A DNA stretch of 64,000 nt from Zygnema circumcarinatum SAG 698-1b (lineage: Eukaryota; Plantae; Zygnematophyceae), in contig CM074817.1 in the NCBI GenBank assembly GCA_037447605.1, positions 1,240,001 through 1,304,000 of the forward strand, written 5' to 3'. The notes below the pieces were generated by a model. That model worked only from the letters and a program-made list of their open reading frames with translations. It was not told where the DNA came from and did not search any database. Positions 1 to 11,338 of this stretch are shown here, piece by piece (position 1 is the first letter of the stretch; each line of letters begins with the position of its first letter). Both the position numbers and the translations under genes were made by a program.

Positions 1-230
1 TCTGTCGCATGCACTCTACCTAATTCGTTGTAAAAACTCCAACCTCTGATATGTTCCCCAACTACTGATTTCCACCATACAAACTTCTTTCAAGGCATAC
101 ATACCTCTCAGCCTGCTCCCTTTCTCCACTTCCACACTCCACTTAGCACCAAAACTTTCCCTATCAAAAAAGCGGTTGCAAAGCGTATTCCTCCCCCTCT
201 GTGATGGACTACTACTTCCTATGTGAGCAG

Positions 231-532
231 AGCTTTTCGATGTCAACATGTTGGTGGGTGAACCTCTCCGTGAGTGGCTCTTTTTCGACAAGTCTCAACC
301 TGCGTACGGAACAGGCACTAGGAAGCAGCGCGCTCTGCCTGACTACAGCGGGAGATGGCACGACTCCTACAAGCAGCACTTCAAGGACCATGGCGGATTA
401 AAGAGAATTTTGTACCTTGACCCGCAGCCGTCCGGCAATGTGGAGTGGCATCTCTATGAGTACGAGCTCAAGGGCTCGTCAGAGTGGGCGCTGTATCGTT
501 TGGAGATGAAGAAACGCGATCCAACCAAAGCG
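231..532 (+). CDS. NAC (NAM) domain transcription factor-like exon, subdomains C-D-E; partial gene, 5' exon(s) not identified
   Basis: Translation [30 protein letters not shown]...GGLKRILYL...EWHLYEYEL...[11 protein letters not shown] follows the NAC pattern EWYFF..KY.tG.R..RA..G.W..G.KK.L..W.MHEY.L..W.LCR..KK. Acceptor CAG at 228-230, donor GTAAG at 533. Confidence 0.65.
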
Positions 533-1417
533 GTAAGCACTGAATCAGGGACTCAAAAACGGGTTGCAGAAAGGGTGCCTGAATTAGGGTTTCGGACTCA
601 CGTTGGTTCTGCAGGAAGTTTTAGCTTGTGTGGTTATAGACAGTGACATGTGATCTGAAACCTGCCGTGTGGTTTCTTATGTCCTTTTTGATGCAATTCT
701 TGGCAGGTGAATAGTGTACTTATTCAGTCGTCACAAAGAGGAGGCCATAAGTCTGCTTTCACAGTCGTGAAGCCAAGACCACTATGAGTATGACTCAACA
801 TGGTATTGCTGCTTGTACTTGTGGAGGTGAGAGCAATTCAAACTGTGATCCATTCACAAGTCCCATGGAAAGGCGTAGACCACTCGAAAGGCCCTGTACT
901 GGGGGAACTAGTCGACCCAAATGGGCAAAATTAGTCGACCAAGATGAAACGTTATCTATTCCTGATGTTCAGCTTCCCTTCTGCTCGAAGAATAGGACCC
1001 GTTCTTGCAATTAGGTTCGGGGATTCTTTACTATCCTCCTAAAACTTGCAGAGAGCAAGCTTTCGACTACTTAGTTGCAGAGCTCTGAAAATGGTAGTTG
1101 CCAGGTTACATGTTGGGATTCTTGTCAAAACGTATTTTATTAAACATGGAATGTCGTCGCAAGGCCTGTCAACAAGTTGTACCTTTGTTCAAGTCTCAAA
1201 TCATGAACTGCGACTTCGAATAAACGTTTGCGAGCAATTACCCGCAATCCGCAAATAGCAATTATATTCGTCAGTCTCCTCTCCCTGCAAAAACGCCTAT
1301 TGACATATATGAAAAAAAACGCCTACGGAACAGCCTATGTGAACTGCTCAACACCTCAACTTCCAAGCTGCAGAGAATGCAGGACACTTTCCCCCTTTTC
1401 CCTTCCTTATGCTTAGG

Positions 1418-1649
1418 TTTTTTGCGCCCAGTCCCTCGTGGTTCCCCATGCTGCTTTTGTCCATGTACATTTGATGGCATCGCCATCGTGAGATCAATGG
1501 CCACATCCCTTTTCTTTTTCCGCTCTTAGCTTTTTTCTTTTGTGCTTAGGTCCTTTGCGACCAGTCCCTCGTGGTTCCACGTGTTGCTTTTGTCCATGTA
1601 CATTTTTGATGGCCTCGCCATGCGTGAGATCAATGCCATTTTCTTGTTC

Positions 1650-1650
<1 letters not shown>
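1418..1650 (-). repeat. Two ~100-bp direct repeats of a dispersed repeat family, related in inverted orientation to 7030-7090 and 7416-7490
   Basis: CCAGTCCCTCGTGGTTCC...TTTTGTCCATGTACATTT..GATGGC.TCGCCAT.CGTGAGATCAATG occurs at about 1428-1499 and 1561-1635. Its reverse complement resembles GGCATTGGTCTCACGCATGG near 7040 and GGCATTGATCTGACG near 7430. Confidence 0.75.
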
Positions 1651-1686
<36 letters not shown>

Positions 1687-2446
1687 NNNNNNNNNNCCCC
1701 CCCCCCCCCCGCCCCTCCCCCCACACACCTCCCTTGTCTACTTTCCAATCTGCATTTTCATCTTCACAAAACTGGTCCCTAGAGCCTAACAACAGCCACC
1801 ATCGCTGGCACGCTCTCCACACCGTCCGACCGTCGGCTTTTTGCCGGCCGGTGGCGACGCAATCTGCCGGCCGTCATGCCGGCCGGCAGTCGCCGACAGT
1901 CCCGCGACATCCATAAGAAATGCCGTCGTACGGTTTGCGGGTCTCGCGCGACTGTCAGTTACTGAATCGGTTACTGCCGGTTCCCTATCGCCGAATTTCG
2001 GTCGCGTTTATCCAATGGCAAAAATATCAAATTTAATAAGTCAATTTCGTTTCCGAGGCAGTACTTCGCAAGTGTGCCTTTTGCTATCTCTTTACATATC
2101 CTAAGTACTGGATTTGTGTTCAATTATCCTGGGAATTTTGAACCCTAAACACCCTAAAATGAGAAACCCGCCAAATCCAACTTTATCCAAATTTTTGAGT
2201 TAATTTGTCGGTCCCCACTTGCCGCTGCAATGATGACCGCCTGCCGGACCGCCAGCTGGCCGCACGTATGAGACAGAAGGCCGGCGAATACGGGAAGGGG
2301 CGCGAGCGAGGGGGAAGGAGAGTGAAAGAGAGAGAGGGGGCGAGAGGAGGGAGTAGGAGAGGGGGAGGGAGAGGCGGAGAGGGAGAGGCGGAGAGGGAGA
2401 CGGCGGGCGTGAGAAGGGGGAGGTAGAGAAAGTGCGGGATTGGGCA

Positions 2447-2477
<31 letters not shown>

Positions 2478-2564
2478 GGGGGACAGAGAGAGTGAGAGAG
2501 AGAGAGTGTGAGAAGGAGAGAGAGGCTCTTGCATAGTTCGGAGAGCAGCGCATTGCAGAGCGCG

Positions 2565-3200
2565 ATGGCATCCCGCTCCTTCCGTTCCATGCTCGGCTTG
2601 TTGGCCGTTGCGTTCCTGGCGACTGCGACGATCGGCACGTGCCGGCAGTTGGCGGCAACGGAACTGTCCGCGGGCGACAGTGAGCGCCCTCGCCATCACA
2701 ACCGCATTTGGCGCGCAGTGTGAACACGGCCCAAAAGAGCCGCCGGATCTAGCTCACATGCATGGCGGCACGTCACGTCACGGCCTCGGGCGCTGATCCA
2801 AGGCGGGGCGGTGGCTTGCAGGGAGCGCACTTGTGGCGCTCAGGGACGCGTTCCAGAGCCAGTTTTGAAAACAAGGACTGCGGCACATGGCAAGGGCTGA
2901 CATGCGAACAGGGCCGCGTTACCAAAATGTAGGGACGAAACCTTCTCTTTTCTTCCTTTAGCAATGCCCACAATGACAAGTAGTACGTGGCTCGTTCTTC
3001 ATCCTCATTCTTCTTCACAGACTTGGTGTAGAATGAGTTGTTGGGTAAGGAGAGGTGAGTTTGTGCTGCCGTTCACTGTCGCTACAACGAAAGGATAATT
3101 TGAATGGCCTAAACAGCATTCGTTATCTAGAATTAGAGAAAAAGGAAAGAGGAAATACGAATAGGGAGGAGGGTAGACGACACCTTCGAAATTTCTTCTT

Positions 3201-3235
<35 letters not shown>

Positions 3236-6200
3236 TTCTTCTTCTCTACCTTTGGACTTTTCCGTTTTTTGCATGTCCTCCATTCTCTATTTTTTCCATC
3301 GTGCAGGGATTTAGGATTTCAGGCGTTCGTTGGGACCATCTCCCCTGCCATTGGCAACTTGACTCGCCTTAAATACTTGTAAGTTCAAATCCCCTTTTTT
3401 CCATCCTAAAGGCGAACTGAACTACAGAGCAGCTTTTGTCTATTCAACGTTCCAATTCAACTCTTTTGATTCTTTTCTTGTCTGATGACTTTTTCGTTTC
3501 AGAGATGTAAGTTACAATGATTTGACGGGCGGAATTCCGGACGCGGTGACTAATTTGAAGGAGCTTGAGACCCTGTAAGCTTTCCCTTTCTCTTTCTCTT
3601 TCTCTTTCTCTTTGACCTCTGCTTCGGTTGATTTTTTGTTTAGATCGATGTTCCTTGGCCAGCCTCCCTTTTGACTTGCGTTGCGTATTTGTCCTCACAA
3701 AGAGTCAATTTTGATGCCTTTCATATCTTAGGGCGATTGCCTTCAACAAAATGACTGGGGTCATCCCGAAAAGCATCGGAAAGCTTGTCCGGCTCAAGAC
3801 AATGTATGCTTTTTTCACCCTTACTTTAAACCCTAAAACCCTAACTGTTATCTCATTTATGCTGGTCGGGCATTCGGTAAAGTCACAATGATTCTTTATA
3901 TTCCAGACCTTTCAAGCATGCTGATGGTAGCTCAGTTGAAGGTGTTTTTTGTGACCTTTTATCAATGGTTAATCTGCTTTAATTTGTTTCTCAATTTCAC
4001 TTTCGGACATATGCCGTAGCAGAATGACGAGGATTACTTGCAACGAAAAGCTTTTTAAAACCGAAAACCAATGAGCATTAACTTATTTTTTTCGGTTGCA
4101 GGCAACTGGGACCTAACAGGTTGTCTGGAGAAATTCCCCGATCCATTAAGCTGCTGACGAATCTCGAAAAGTTGTGAGGATCTGACCACTAAAAATTAGT
4201 TTGTTCTCACTTTCTGTTGCCGATAACGAATGCCGTCGAGCATTTAAAATGACATGATTGAATCACAGATTTCAACTGCTCTCTCCTAATGTCAACGCTC
4301 CTGCATGCTCTGCCTTGGCAGCGATCTGACAAGCAATACACTTTCGGGCAAGTTGCCCGGCGGGATTTGCAACTTGGAAAATCTTCAACTTCTGTGAGAA
4401 ATTTTGGACCCCTCGTCAACTTGAAGCTTTTTACTTTTGGTTCTGTGATGGCTGGAGATAGTAAAGAATAGGGAGAGAAGGAGAGAGCGATTGAAGGCCA
4501 GTATTTGAGATATAGAATGAGCAGGAGAGTCAGCGATCTGAAGGATTCCGTCCCATGTACTCAAATGGCAGTTCTTTGCATCCCCACTCCCCCTCCCTCT
4601 TTTTGTATACCCTTCCCCTTCGCCTCTCCCTCTCTCTCTTCCTGTCTCACTCGCTTCTTGTGTGTATGGATATGCAGACTTTTGACGAATAATCATTTGG
4701 AGGGATACATCCCGAAGTGTATTGGAAACTTTTGGAATATAACAAAATTGTAAGTTCGCCATTCGGGTCATCATCGACTCCGATGACGAAAATTTCAGTT
4801 CTTGGTCCACTTTTTCGGTTTTTTCTTTGGCTAGTGTTGGGCCTTTAATTGAAGGAGTGAAAATTGTTGGACTTGAATTCATATAGTTGTTGGCTAATGT
4901 CTTGAAACTGTGAAACCAAACTTTGCAGGAAATTAAACAAGAACAACTTCACCGGTTTCATTCCCGAGTCGTTTGGGAACCTTACGACTCTCGTCGAGTT
5001 GTAAGCCTACAAGTCCAAACTCTCGTGTGTCAAGCAAAGGCTGAGAGAGAGAGAGAGGGGAGAGAGAGAGAGAGAGAGAGAGGGAGAGTTTCACAAAGTA
5101 GATATTGTAGAGGCACCTTTTCCTTGTTAAAGTGTTCCAACCTCTCTCTTCCTCTATCTCCTCTCTCGCCGCTCTCGCTCTTCTTTCAGTTGTGCTTTTA
5201 TCAATCATTTGGGTGTTTGCCTGATTGCAGAGACCTCAGTGAAAACAAGCTCGCTGGGAGAATTCCGGATTTCTTTTACAAGCTTAAGAACCTTACGACT
5301 TTGTAAGACTCAACGTCATGTCTTACTGATTTACAGAGCGAGAACTCTATTCAGTTTTATTAGCTGCTTTTGGTATTGCGGAAAACTGTACTTCTAGCTT
5401 TCCACGCTTAACAAAGTGTCTTAAAGTGTATGAATTTTGGGACATGATGCAGAACATTGAGAAACAACACTTTGAGTGGACGAATTCTAAACTCCATTGG
5501 AGATGCAACGCAGCTCGAATCCTTGTGAGGACAACACATTTCATTTTCACAAATTTGAAACATTTTGGTGCGGTTGCAGAATCAGGAACTGCATTTCTCT
5601 GATCTGGGCCTTTCCCTTGTGCTGCAGAGACTTGGGATATAACAAACTCAGCGGAAGCCTTCCAGAATCTTTCGGAAACCTGCAATATCTCAAAAGTTTG
5701 TAAGCTCTACGACATCACTGGTCTTATTTATGAGTTTTAATCAAGCGATAAGAAACAAAAAAGACTTTGCTTTTGTGGGGCATTTGGAAACGTGCAATCA
5801 TTGTCCCTTTTTTGGGCATACTTTTTTGAAGTTGCATTGATAGCTCTCGCTTCCTTTCCCCTCCTTTATCACCTCTCCTCCCTCTCTTCATCTTATCGAA
5901 AATACTCACAGGGCTCCTAACTCTGAATTGCAGATACCTACAGGGGAACTACCTCACGGGTCCCGTTACCCTGCATGCCAAAGAGTACATTGACGAAATC
6001 GATTTGCAATCTAATTACTTTTCTGCCCTCGTCAACATCACCCAATTCATCCAATCCACCTCTACTTTCTGTGCCAATGTGAGGGAGAACTGTCTGTTTG
6101 GTTCCAAAGCCGTCGTGGGCTGCGCAAGGCAGGGACAGAGAGCACGAGCAGCATGTACCAGTTTCTGTGACGCTCTACAGAACGGCGGCGCATGTAGCGG

Positions 6201-6485
6201 CCATGGAACGTGCTCGCCCCAAACCTCGACCTGCGCGTGCAAGAAGGGCTACAAATCGGCAAACAATGGGAAATCATGCGTTCGAGGTGAGAGATCTACA
6301 AGTGTTTTTTTTTTTTTTTTTCTTGTTTAACACAAAGTTGGGGCAATGGGTCTGTCAGGCATGCATGCATGCATGCATGGATTGATGGGACTGTTCCAGA
6401 TTTTATGGCTGACCTGACGCATGTTTCTATCGTGTGCTCAATTAACTTTTGCTGCCCTTTTTTTGGTATTCCTCGTGCAGTTTGA
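2565..6485 (+). CDS. Secreted leucine-rich-repeat protein with C-terminal Cys-rich/EGF-like domain; 1-nt frameshift in exon 2
   Basis: Signal peptide exon 2565-2679. LRR N-cap exon 2822-2928 (ALVALRDAF...DCGTWQGLTC). Nine 72-nt phase-2 LRR exons: 3307-3378, 3503-3574, 3732-3803, 4102-4173, 4322-4393, 4678-4749, 4929-5000, 5231-5302, 5628-5699. Exon 5934-6286 carries CSGHGTCSPQTSTCACKKGYKSANNGKSC. Putative terminal exon at 6481 with TGA at 6483-6485. Confidence 0.85.
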
Positions 6486-6817
6486 GATGACGACAAATAG
6501 TTTTGGTTGTACGGAAAAATTACTTCAGACCTTCTTCAGACCTTGCTTTCGATGCCATTTTTGGCCCTCGTCAATGCTGTGGGCTGAAGTTGACAACTTT
6601 GAAGAAGTTCCTCCGAAAGTACTTGTGTTTCGGAGAAGGGGCAGCGATAGAGGGAGGGAGGGAGGGAGGGAGGGAGGGAGTGGGAGGGTCAGTCAGTCAT
6701 CACCTCTCATATTCAAAGCTTATGAAGTGAACAACGGCTGAGTGAGTGGCTTTATGAGGGCCCGCACATTTGGGTAATAACTAATAAGCCCTTGGAGTGG
6801 TAAAAAGTTAATTTGCT

Positions 6818-7490
6818 GTCGTATTGTAATCCTCACCGCATGTTTGTGTGGGCGAAAATGGGTTCCTAATTCGTGCCTGCTTTCTCCATTCTCGTGTTGA
6901 AGAGCATCAACTCGGCTTTCGAAATTGTGAGAAAGTTGAATGCCAAGGGATGACAAATTGTACACGTGGCAAAGCGCCATTGGCAGCTGCTTGACTAAGT
7001 TCACCATGGAGAAAGGTCCTACACTAAGACGGATGAAATTGGGCATTGGTCTCACGCATGGCCATGGTATGAAATGGACATGGACAAACTATTCGTGTAT
7101 AACAAGCCCTTGAAGTGTTAGGTGATAATGAATTAACTCTACTGTGGATGGAACTGACATTGTGTGGTATTGTAAATCCTCACCGCATGTATATGGGTAA
7201 AAATGGGTTCTTATTATTATTAGTTTTATTTATTTTTCGCACTTTTTTTACACTTTTCTTCGCAACATAAGGCCGTCTTCCACCTGCAAAGTGCACAAGT
7301 ACACTTTACAATGGTCATTCGCCATGAATGACAAATTGTACACGTGGCAAAGCGCCATTGGCAGGTGCTTGACTAAATTCACAATGGAGAATGGTTCTTG
7401 TCCTATTATTCTAGGAAAGAAAATGGAGTCGGCATTGATCTGACGAAGGACACGGTCAACAACAACAACATTGGGAACCACGAAGAACCA
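6818..7490 (+). repeat. Imperfect tandem duplication (~350-380 bp period) of a dispersed repeat, each copy carrying CGTGG-N9-ATTGG
   Basis: GTATTGTAA(A)TCCTCACCGCATGT at about 6822 and 7168. ATGACAAATTGTACACGTGGCAAAGCGCCATTGGCAG at about 6950 and 7328. Confidence 0.8.
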
Positions 7491-8079
7491 GCTTCAAAAA
7501 AAAAAAAAAAAAAATGTTTTTTTTTTACGCGTAAAGCCCGTCGTGTGAAATCTACGAAGCGGGTCCACGCGAGAGCCGTCGGATCACCGATCGGACGGCC
7601 AAGAGCAAAGTTTGATGAGATTTTGGTTTCGGATGTAAAACTCTCCGCCTCAGTTTCCAAGTCCTCCATCCGCCCACCGAGTTGGTACAACTATTATTAG
7701 GGGGGGTCAAACTTAGCCCGGAGCGTACTAAATTCCCGAATTTAGTATACTAAAAGTCAAAGTTTGGTGTACGAATTCCGGGTCGAGATCCGTGGCTCCG
7801 CCGTACCCAGCCGGACCGAAATGCGTACCTATCCAATGCTTAATTCGCCCGACAGGCTTACTAAATTGATTTGGCGATGGTCAATGTCTGCCCCCCCCCC
7901 CCTATTTGATGGTATGGCCGTCGCGAGGTGAAAGCCAATTCCTCGCTTCATTGAATGTTGGTTGAAGTTCCGGAGTTGGAAACTGAGGCATAAAATTTGT
8001 TGAACCTTCGAAGCGAAGTTAGTCAACTCGCTTCAACCAATTGAATGAAAACCGTACGCATTTGCGGAATTACATCAGC

Positions 8080-8190
8080 AAAGTTGTATGAAGTTGAACG
8101 AAGTTGAACGAAGTCGAATGAAGTTGAATGAAGTTGAATGAAGTTGAATGAAGTTGAACGAAGGTGAATGAAGTTGAACGAAGTTGGACC
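8080..8190. repeat. 10-bp minisatellite (GAAGTTGAAY)n, about 11 copies
   Basis: Direct reading of the tandem units. Confidence 0.9.
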
Positions 8191-8296
8191 GAACGCACAG
8201 CCTCAACGAGGACGACCCCCTCGCAAACCAGAAATCAAAAAACCAAAAACTTGCACCGAAAAACGCATTAAGCGCCGCCGGCGTTGTCATTACGAG

Positions 8297-8663
8297 TAGG
8301 GATGGCTTAATTACGACTATATAATCTATATTATATTATATAACTGTGACGACTAAATAACGGCTGTTATATAATACTTTACAACGCCTTTACAACATGT
8401 ACGGTCGTACGGTCGTACGACTGTACGGTATTATGCGGTGAAGACAGAGTGAACCAGACGGACGCATTTCGCAACGCCAACGCCAAAACGACCTAATTTT
8501 GGTTTGGTACGACCGTACGACCGTACGAGTACGGTCGTTAATTGTTCAAAACGCGTGGGTATAATATATGTAATAAAGTGTTTTACTTTGTACTATATTA
8601 TTACTTTTAAACCCGTTGTAAAGTATATAATATAGTCGGACTTTATAACGCGGGCCATCCCTA
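8297..8663. mobile_element. hAT-like MITE nested in the foldback element
   Basis: Termini TAGGGATGGC (8297) and GCCATCCCTA (ending 8663). Internal inverted GTACGGTCGTACG/CGTACGACCGTAC blocks. Flanking 8-mers ATTACGAG and ATTAGCGG match only partly. Confidence 0.6.
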
Positions 8664-9665
8664 ATTAGCGGTCAATTACTCGCCGGTCAACGCGTTGACG
8701 GCCATCGACTTGAAATTATGCAGTTTTTTTCGTGCATCTCGCACTGCCGCGCTCTGTGTGCCCAAAGGGGGAGTCAAACTTAACACATGGCCAAATCAAT
8801 TTCGTAAGCCTGTCGGGAGAATTAAGCATTGGCTAGGTACGCATTTCGGTACGGCTGGCTTCGGGGAAGCTGCGGATCCCGATCTGGAATTCGTACACGA
8901 AACTTTAACTTTTAGTATACTAAATTCGGGAATTTAGTACGCTCCGGGCTTAGTCTGAGCCCCCCTAATTTTCGTTGCAATAATCATCAAAACATGACCC
9001 AACAAAGGTCAAATTGCTCCAAGGGGGGAAGCCGCGCCAGGCGCTCACAGGGAGCGGCACGTGTTGCCCGTTCCATGCAATCGCGTAGTATGCGAGCAGT
9101 TATTTTTCCAGTTACAGTTCCGTTTTAGGGTCGGGGTGCCGTCTTTACACAGTACGGTAACAGTTCCATGTTGTGTGACATTTTACATTTGATGTAAGAG
9201 AATGATAGACCTTCTCTCCATTTTGGATATCCCGTACCCTGATTTTTTTTGAGAGACAAAAATATGTTAGGGCCTGCCCGAATCCGCTCGGAGCGGAAGT
9301 TCCGTCCGACTCGCACGAGCGAGTGGGCGTCCTTCACACATGTGGTAAATCTCAGCCGTCGATTTCTCTCGCAGATTCCACCACGGTAACCGTATAAAAA
9401 AAAATTATCCGGCTACAGCGCGCGTGTGGAAAAGCGCGTCCCGCGGGATGGGAGGACCGTCGCACTTGCGTCGCTCTCCGCCGCATGGCGTCGCAGGTGA
9501 TCGCAACACGCGTCAAGCAGCGCATGCCGCGTCTGCGGGGAACACGTGGCGCTCTCCGGGCCACGGTGTGGGCTCACCGCGGCCTTATCCGCGTACAGGC
9601 ACCAGGCAATCCGCTCTCGCACGCATGTGGTGGGAACGTGCCCGGCACGCAGCGCCAGCCGACCG

Positions 9666-9719
9666 CCAATCAACGTGCGCCACGTTGGCATTATTCACCA
9701 CGTGGCATCTCGCGATTGG
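9666..9719. promoter_or_regulatory. Two perfect ERSE-I-type elements (CCAAT-N9-CCACG) in opposite orientations upstream of the orphan gene at 9849
   Basis: CCAAT-caacgtgcg-CCACG at 9666-9684 and CGTGG-catctcgcg-ATTGG at 9701-9719. TATA-like TATAAC near 9733. Confidence 0.7.
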
Positions 9720-9848
9720 TCTTCCATGCGCGTATAACAAGGAGGCCCCCTCCCTGTGCCCCCTTGCAAGCGCTCGTTCTCTCTCTTCTCGCCCTCCTCC
9801 CTACCTACCAAGCTCAAGCTCTCGGCTCTCTGCTATCCGCCGGCAGCC

Positions 9849-11338
9849 ATGGCAGGCCTTGCGTTCCATGTGGAGAGGGTGGAGGAATGGGATACTGCGG
9901 CGCCAATGGAGACGGATGAGATATTTGAGACGGTTGAGACAGTTGAGACGATTGAGACAGTGGAGACGGAGGATTTGCGGCCTCGGTTGAACGACCAGTT
10001 CAGCATAGGCCCTGTCGCGATGCTGCTCTTGAATGTGTTGGTGTGGGCCGCGAGGGGCACGCTCTTCACGCAATGGGAGTTTGTGCAGCTGGCGATTGTG
10101 TTTGTCGTTTTGGGAGCGTTCGTCGCCAGGATGTGCAATCTGCTGTCGCTTATGCATCTGAAGGAACTTTCGGTGCATTATTACAGTAAGGTAATGAAAG
10201 GATTGTTGCAAGGCGCATTCACTTGTCCGATTACGCGATAGCTCTACTTGGGAAACCAAGTACAATGTTTATTTTGAAGCTAACGAGCTTTCCCGTTTGC
10301 TTTGCAGAACCCTCACTTTTGCAGAACCCTCACTTGGAGGATGCTTCGCTCAGAAGCCTTTACAGCCTAGAGAATAGCGCGCGGGTGGATTATTCTACGC
10401 AGCACACACAGGTTTGGTTCTGAACTCTCGACTGGAATAAATTGGCTCTTTGTCTTGAAAGGTTGAGTTGTAGGTTTAATTTCTTTCTTTTGTTTTACTT
10501 CGCAATCTATCGAAATTGACAGTGACAGGAACAGGTCCATGATGAGGGTTGGGGGACTGGAATTACAACCAAGGTTAGGTTGAGTGCCTGCAGCTTCATT
10601 AGCTTGATGGTCGGAATAACTGAAGGAATACAGGGGTGTTTGTGCGTGTCTATCTCTGTGCAGTTCTGCGGTCCGCTACAAAGACAGCGGAAGGAGAGTC
10701 CATCATGCGCTCGGGTGGCTATATGCTCGTGGCTTGGGTCTTTGTGGCAGTGAAGGTTGACTTCTTCGACAAGTCCGTATGGGACCTTTTGCAATTGGCA
10801 CTCTCCCTCCTTCTTGTCACAATGATTGTCCTCGACATCACCAATCTGCTGATGAAGAAGAAGTTGGACCGATTGTTTGAGAAGATGTTTGACACGGTAT
10901 GTGCACCTCCATGCAAAGCCGCGGGATTGTTTAGATAACTTATCTCTGAAATAAAGAAATGGATCAGAAAACAAGTTTTGCAGCCTTTGCTTGATGTAGC
11001 TGCTTTGAGTTCGCTGTACTGCGGGAATGAATGAAGTGACCGATGATGAATGAATGCTATGCATGCTGTGGGTGGAGCAGGCTGTGGGGAAGCTCAAGGG
11101 GCGCGTTGATCACGCCGAGTCGTGTGTGAAGGCGGAGCAGTTGCGGGAGTGGGTTCTCGCGGGGCCTTACAATACAGCGTGGGAGGAGGGGGACAAGGAG
11201 TGGGTGCGCTGGTTATGGCCGATTGTGTTCGATCGCCTTCTTTGGCACCCGCAGGTAGAGGTGTGGGAGCCCACCCTCAAGGTGCGGCATGTGTGGTTCA
11301 TGTGGCGGAAGGAGGAGCCGTTTGGGCTTGTATTCTAA
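9849..11338 (+). CDS. Multi-exon orphan membrane protein, about 4 predicted TM segments; internal exons tentative
   Basis: Exon 1 is 9849-10190 (GCCATGG, two hydrophobic segments, donor GTAATG). Tentative exons 10325-10411 and about 10535-10573. A hydrophobic exon ends at ...MFDT|GTATG near 10896. Terminal exon 11081-11338 is phase-compatible and ends in TAA. No family recognised. Confidence 0.6.

Larger units (their letters stand above)
7700..8965. mobile_element. Non-autonomous foldback/TIR element with ~200-bp inverted arms (7700-7902 and 8767-8965), flanked by TA
   Basis: The arms are reverse complements (e.g. GCCCGGAGCGTACTAAATTCCCGAATTTAGTATACTAAAAGT vs ACTTTTAGTATACTAAATTCGGGAATTTAGTACGCTCCGGGC). 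TA at 7698-7699 and 8966-8967. No transposase ORF. Confidence 0.8.

Noticed and set aside
1648-1710. Poly-C/poly-G, GA/CT and similar low-complexity ORFs (also 2154-2727, 14729-15174, 27775-27810, 58685-58790)
   Set aside because: These are homopolymer or microsatellite translations, often spanning N gaps, with no coding signal.
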